Part shown: piece after piece, positions 59,576-64,000 of the stretch
Numbering within the stretch: the stretch's first letter is position 1
How the letters are laid out: each line of letters begins with the position of its first letter
NCBI GenBank assembly: GCA_963762565.1
Contig: CAVXLD010000005.1
Span: 160,001 to 224,000, forward strand
DNA from: an uncultured Verrucomicrobiae bacterium
GTDB lineage: Bacteria > Verrucomicrobiota > Verrucomicrobiia > Chthoniobacterales > JAFAMB01
DNA: 64,000 nucleotides
Direction: 5' to 3'
The notes under the pieces: generated by a model
Databases searched by the model: none
The model's input: only the letters and a program-made list of their open reading frames with translations
What the model was told of the DNA's origin: nothing
Position numbers and translations under genes: made by a program

Positions 59576-60094
59576 TTAAATTTCAAATATTGTCTCAACG
59601 ACCACCGGCGTGCTGACCGGCAAACTGTAAACGCCATAGACGACGCGTGTGTGTCCGGCCGCAGAACCGAAGAGTTGGACGAAGAGGTTCGAGGCTCCAT
59701 CCGCTACCGTCGCGTGCTCAGTAAAATCTTCCGTAGTTGCTAACTGGACCGTGACCTTTACTAACTTTTTAATCTTGTCTAAATCGCCGAGGTATTCTTC
59801 GGCTGCCGCTAACGCGGTTAATGCTGCTAACCGGGCGGCCTCCTGACCCTGGCTGACCGAAAGATCGCGCCCGATACGCCCTTTGAAAGCGAGTTTGCGA
59901 TCGATTAGCGGTAATGTGCCGCTGATATAGAGGAGAGAACCGGCTTGAGACGCCTCAACGTAGGCACCTAAAGGTGAGGGCGGCTTCGGTAACTCAATGC
60001 CCAGATCTCGGAGACGCGAACCTGCTTTGCCGGACTCTCCCAGGGTTTGAGATGCTGGGGTCACATCGGCGGTTGTTGCTACTGGCGGGTTCAT
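59576..60094 (-). CDS. RidA/YjgF family protein
   Basis: LYISGTLP, VADGAS.LF, GHTR..GV.SLP. Confidence 0.88.
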   Translation of the reverse strand: MNPPVATTADVTPASQTLGESGKAGSRLRDLGIELPKPPSPLGAYVEASQAGSLLYISGTLPLIDRKLAFKGRIGRDLSVSQGQEAARLAALTALAAAEEYLGDLDKIKKLVKVTVQLATTEDFTEHATVADGASNLFVQLFGSAAGHTRVVYGVYSLPVSTPVVVETIFEI

Positions 60095-60163
60095 GAAGCC
60101 ACCTTTTGCACTTCGTAAAGGGAGAATCTATTGGACCAAAGTCCTAGGGTGATGGTCCGTGAC

Positions 60164-60441
60164 TGGAGGGGAGCCGCTGTGGATCGTACTGAAGGGACCC
60201 CGCACTATTTTTCTCGGCGCGTGGATGACCACAGATTTTTTTAAACAGGCGGCTCCCGCGAACGACCCAACATGTGTGTGTTTCCTCGTTCGTGAAAAAG
60301 AGTAATCGAACCAACCGTCGGGCAAAACGTCACCCTGGGTCATTCCCGGGAGCCGCCTGTTTAACCCGACATCTTGACCTACTTCGGACTGGGAAGAATA
60401 TGTAAGGTCGTTGAGGTATGCGCCAAAGCGGCTCCCCTCCA
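60164..60441. repeat. REPIN-like four-arm cassette, family A copy 4
   Basis: Spacers 71, 90, 71 nt. Confidence 0.85.
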
Positions 60442-60521
60442 GGCACATCCTCGGGGCGCGCGGGGATCCTCCGTCGCTAAAGCTATGGCGGACAGGCAGC
60501 ACGCCCTCCCGGATTTCCCGC

Positions 60522-60830
60522 TCAAGGAACTTTTGCCGCTAGAACTCCAACCTTTTCGATCGTGGGCGGCTCCGCCAAAAGCTCGGGAGCCTTCTGCATC
60601 AGCGCCGCGGCCAACCGGCCGGATAGATGTGCCTCTCGGCCGGACTCGTCCACAAATGTATCGAAAATTCCAAAAGTCGATGGTCCAAGCTTAAGGGCGA
60701 ACCAAGTGGTCGTACCCGCCTCTTCCTGCGCAATGGATAGTCCTGCCTTGAGAAACTGTTCTGTTTCCGCCTCTTTACCAGCCTTCGCCTCTAAGCGAAC
60801 CAGCAGCGCCAAATTCGAATCTTGTTTCAT
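60522..60830 (-). CDS. Antibiotic biosynthesis monooxygenase (ABM) family protein
   Basis: LLVRLEAKAGK, EAGTTTWFA, FGIFDTF.DESGREAHLSG; start ATG 60830. Confidence 0.88.
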   Translation of the reverse strand: MKQDSNLALLVRLEAKAGKEAETEQFLKAGLSIAQEEAGTTTWFALKLGPSTFGIFDTFVDESGREAHLSGRLAAALMQKAPELLAEPPTIEKVGVLAAKVP

Positions 60831-60850
60831 TTTGCGTCTAGGTTTTCTAA

Positions 60851-61123
60851 GTGTGCTGTCCCATAAATAACATGGCTTTCGCCGTCGGCCAGTTGGCTGT
60901 TTTTCAAGGCGCGAGCGAAGCGCCCATATCTGATTCATACGGGTCGAGCGAGCAACGCGGAAAAACAGCCAACTGGCCACGGCCCGGAGGGTTGCGATGA
61001 AAATGGGCCGGCGGCTGCGTTGCTCGTCGGTTACGTATCGATCTAGATATGCGCTCTCCTCGCGCCTTGCCGGCGGCCCATTTTGATCGCAACGAAAGCC
61101 ATGTTATTCATGGGACAGCACAC
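60851..61123. mobile_element. MITE with 31-bp terminal inverted repeats and TAA target-site duplication
   Basis: taa|gtgtgctgtcccataaataacatggctttcg ... cgaaagccatgttattcatgggacagcacac|taa (1 mismatch); two internal hairpins. Confidence 0.85.
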
Positions 61124-61400
61124 TAAGGTTGTTGTTTCGTTCAACGCGCGAGCCAAGGCGGCATCTGCGCCACAAGGTCCGCGCCATCACAAGTCGATGT
61201 CAGCGTAGTCTAGGGAGCGGTTTCAGTCCATTCCCGGCAATTTGGCTATCAGCGGCTGTTGCGGCGCCGCTATCAGCGCAGCTGATAACCGATCGCGAGA
61301 CGGAACTCCGTAAAGTACGGAATATCGGACGTGCATTTGTACAAATCCAGCTACGTACAACGTCCTCGTCGGCAGCTAGAAACAGCGCACCAGAAGGGGG

Positions 61401-61426
61401 TGGCATGCAACTTGTTATACAAATTT
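61401..61426 (+). promoter_or_regulatory. Candidate GntR/FadR-type operator overlapping a sigma-54-like -24/-12 motif
   Basis: AACTTGTTATACAAATTT imperfect palindrome; TGGCATGCAACTTGT resembles TGGCAC-N5-TTGC. Confidence 0.35.
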
Positions 61427-61429
61427 TCC

Positions 61430-62407
61430 ATGAGTCTTCGTTATTTCAGAAGCCTTTTTCTGCCTGGTCTTCGACTGGAATACAGGCCTTTCATTAGCGT
61501 CCTACTTGCAATCGGCTTAGCCGGACCGGTGTTGGCAGAGAAGAAGCTTAACTCTGTTGCTGTAACGGTAGGGGATCTCGGCAATCCTTTTTTTGTGCAG
61601 ATCGCGCACGGTGCGCACGATCAAGCAGCGAAAATCAACCCGGCGGTGAAATTCACGGCGCAATCGAGCAATTACGATGTTAATAACCAGGCTAACCAGA
61701 TCGATAACTTTATCTCTGCTGGCGACCAGTTGCTGATTTTGAACGCGGCCGACAGTAAAGGGATCGCGCCAGCGGTTATTCGGGCGAAAGCGGCCGGTAT
61801 GACCGTGATCGCCGTCGACGTCACTGCAGCCGGGGGCGTCGATGCTACCATTACTTCAAACAATAAGCAGGCAGGGGAGATAGCCGGGCAGTACCTCGCG
61901 GATCGTTTGAAGGGTAAGGGAAATGTTGTGATTGTAAATGGACCGCCGGTTTCATCCATTGCCGACCGGGTAGCGGGTTTCCTTGAGGTAATGAAGAAAT
62001 ATCCGGGCATCAAAATTCTGTCCCAAGACCAAAACGGTGGTGGTAGCAGAGATGGCGGTCTGCGGGTGATGACGGATTTATTGACTGCGTTTCCAAAAAT
62101 CGACGCCGTCTTTTCCATCAATGACCCGCAAGCTGTAGGCTGCGATTTGGCTGCTAAACAGGCCGGCCGAAAAGATTTCTTTATCGTCAGCGTCGATGGC
62201 GCTCCCGAAGTAGTGCCTTTTCTCAAGGATCCGAATAGCTTAGTCGCGGTTACTGCCGCCCAGGATCCTTATACCATGGCAGAGAAAGCCGTGAGCGTGG
62301 GTTACGACATTATGAATGGCAAGAAGCCAGAGTCACCAACCATTCTGATTCCGGTGCAGTTGATCACCAAAGAAAATGTCAATACCTACCAAGGATGGAC
62401 TAAGTAA
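61430..62407 (+). CDS. Sugar ABC substrate-binding protein (RbsB-like)
   Basis: DLGNPFF, NAADS.GI, NGPPVS, SVDGAP; start uncertain. Confidence 0.9.
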   Translation: MSLRYFRSLFLPGLRLEYRPFISVLLAIGLAGPVLAEKKLNSVAVTVGDLGNPFFVQIAHGAHDQAAKINPAVKFTAQSSNYDVNNQANQIDNFISAGDQLLILNAADSKGIAPAVIRAKAAGMTVIAVDVTAAGGVDATITSNNKQAGEIAGQYLADRLKGKGNVVIVNGPPVSSIADRVAGFLEVMKKYPGIKILSQDQNGGGSRDGGLRVMTDLLTAFPKIDAVFSINDPQAVGCDLAAKQAGRKDFFIVSVDGAPEVVPFLKDPNSLVAVTAAQDPYTMAEKAVSVGYDIMNGKKPESPTILIPVQLITKENVNTYQGWTK

Positions 62408-63929
62408 CGAGCAGCCGCTCCTGGAAGTACGCAAGATCAGTAAGAGTTTTCCAGGAGTACGTGCTCTCAATAGCGTCGATCTTCGGATCTGGCCCGGTGA
62501 GGTGCATGCCTTGATGGGTGAAAACGGCGCCGGCAAGAGCACGTTGATGAAAATCCTCTCCGGAGCCTATCATCCAGACTCCGGTGAGATTTTGATAGAT
62601 GGGAAAGCAGTACAATTCCGTAATCCTTACGATGCGCGAGCGGCTGGAATCGGCATCATTTATCAAGAACTAACGGTTGCGCCGAATCTGACGGTGACCG
62701 GTAACGTTTTTCTTGGATCCGAGCTTAAGCGGTTTGGGTTCATGAAAGATACGGCAACCATGGATCGAAAAACCCAAGAGGTGCTGCACCGGCTTGGGGC
62801 CAGGTTTCAAGCATCGGATCGCGCGGCGAATCTGGTAGTGGCGGAACAGCAACAGGTCGAAATTGCGCGCGCCCTATTTCATAAGAGCCGCGTGCTGGTT
62901 ATGGATGAACCGACAGCGGCTCTTTCCGATCGCGAGACTACCCGGCTTTTTGAAATTGTGAAGCAACTCCGTTCCGAAGGACTTGCTATCATCTACATCA
63001 GCCACCGTATGGCCGAGGTTTACGAGTTGGCCGATCGTCTCTCCGTGCTCCGAGACGGCGAGTACGTTGGCGAACTCAAACGCGCCGAATTTTCTGCTGA
63101 TAAGGTAATCGAGATGATGGTTGGCCGGCGGGTAGAAGAGTTCTATGAACGCGCCAGCCACACGGCAGGGCCCGTTGTCTTGGACGTCAAAGATGTGGGC
63201 GACGGCAAACGGGTGAAACACGCCAGCTTTCGGCTCCGGAAAGGCGAAGTGGTAGGACTGGCCGGACTGGTCGGAGCGGGTAGAACCGAGCTGGCCAGAA
63301 TGGTTTTTGGGGCCGACAAACGGAAGTCAGGCGACATCTTTCTAGACGGGCGAAAGCTAAAGATTAACCGGCCGCTGGACGCTATCCGGTCGGGGATCGG
63401 CTACGTGCCGGAGGACCGAAAGCTGCAAGGTCTTTTTCTCCAGATGTCGTCTTCAGCAAATATAACGATGAATATCCTCGGGCGTAGTGCGACCGGCGGC
63501 GTCCTGAACTTTGGTAAGCTAAAGGAACGAGCCAAAGCCGAGGTAGCGGCCATGCACGTGCGCACGGCGTCACTTGCATCTGTGGCCGGAGGGCTGTCCG
63601 GCGGTAACCAGCAAAAGCTCCTATTGGCGCGCTGGCTGGAAATTCAGCCGAAAGTTTTGCTGTTGGATGAACCAACTCGAGGTGTGGACGTAGCAGCCAA
63701 AGCCGAGATCTACGCGTTGATCCAGCGGTTGGTCGAAAAAGGGATGGCCGTGTTATTCATCTCCAGCGAATTGCCGGAAGTCGTCGGCGTGTGCGACCGA
63801 GTCCTGGTCATGCGAGAGGGAGAAATCTCGGGCGAGGTTGGGGGTGATACTGGGATCGAAATTACTCAGCAAAACATCATGAAACTGGCGACAGATGTCG
63901 CTCGGAGTGAACTAAACAATGGCAACTGA
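62376..63929 (+). CDS. Sugar ABC transporter ATP-binding protein (RbsA-like)
   Basis: [33 protein letters not shown]. Confidence 0.93.
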   Translation: MSIPTKDGLSNEQPLLEVRKISKSFPGVRALNSVDLRIWPGEVHALMGENGAGKSTLMKILSGAYHPDSGEILIDGKAVQFRNPYDARAAGIGIIYQELTVAPNLTVTGNVFLGSELKRFGFMKDTATMDRKTQEVLHRLGARFQASDRAANLVVAEQQQVEIARALFHKSRVLVMDEPTAALSDRETTRLFEIVKQLRSEGLAIIYISHRMAEVYELADRLSVLRDGEYVGELKRAEFSADKVIEMMVGRRVEEFYERASHTAGPVVLDVKDVGDGKRVKHASFRLRKGEVVGLAGLVGAGRTELARMVFGADKRKSGDIFLDGRKLKINRPLDAIRSGIGYVPEDRKLQGLFLQMSSSANITMNILGRSATGGVLNFGKLKERAKAEVAAMHVRTASLASVAGGLSGGNQQKLLLARWLEIQPKVLLLDEPTRGVDVAAKAEIYALIQRLVEKGMAVLFISSELPEVVGVCDRVLVMREGEISGEVGGDTGIEITQQNIMKLATDVARSELNNGN

Positions 63930-64000
63930 TATCTTAAGCCAACCGACCGATCTGGCGCCAACGAAGCGTAAGGATCTCAGGCGTTCCTGATTCAAGTGGC

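Noticed and set aside
13562..60441. CRISPR array interpretation of the repeat-spacer cassettes
   Set aside because: Repeats are inverted and dispersed rather than tandem direct repeats, spacers are ~70 nt, some family A spacers are related to each other, and no cas genes are present
63919..64000. Expected sugar permease start after the ATPase (ATG 63919) stops at 63990
   Set aside because: Could be a frameshift or a later true start; cannot be resolved at the window edge, so not called
1..64000. Transposase, RAYT, integrase, tRNA or rRNA genes
   Set aside because: None recognised; enzymes mobilising the repeats, if any, must be encoded outside this window

Overview
64-kb bacterial chromosomal segment with moderately high GC; gene content and repeat style suggest Verrucomicrobiota, possibly Chthoniobacterales (inference only). 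Housekeeping genes include proS (partial), trxA, tatA, purA, uppS, an NtrC-type regulator, mfd, a SurA-like PPIase, rodA, thiG, ald, serA, pyrF, ispE, lpxI/gnnA-like/lpxB and plsX. There is also a hopanoid block (hpnH-shc), two sugar ABC systems (one with a fused double permease), a PIN-PhoH gene, an MnoP/OprB-like porin with a DtxR/MntR-type box, and many oxidoreductases and hydrolases. I recognised no tRNA, rRNA, CRISPR-cas, transposase or prophage. The most striking feature is the intergenic DNA. At least three REP/REPIN-like families share a near-constant ~68-73 nt arm-to-arm spacing around divergent spacer sequence; in two of them the REP hairpin itself is split by the ~70 nt spacer and built into ~235-290 bp four-arm cassettes. 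A TIR/TSD-bearing MITE and many 6-9-nt tandem-repeat arrays occur as nested inverted pairs. Repeats also appear to have invaded gene ends (purA, a CMD/AhpD gene). All calls come from reading the sequence and recalled family motifs; no database searches were run.
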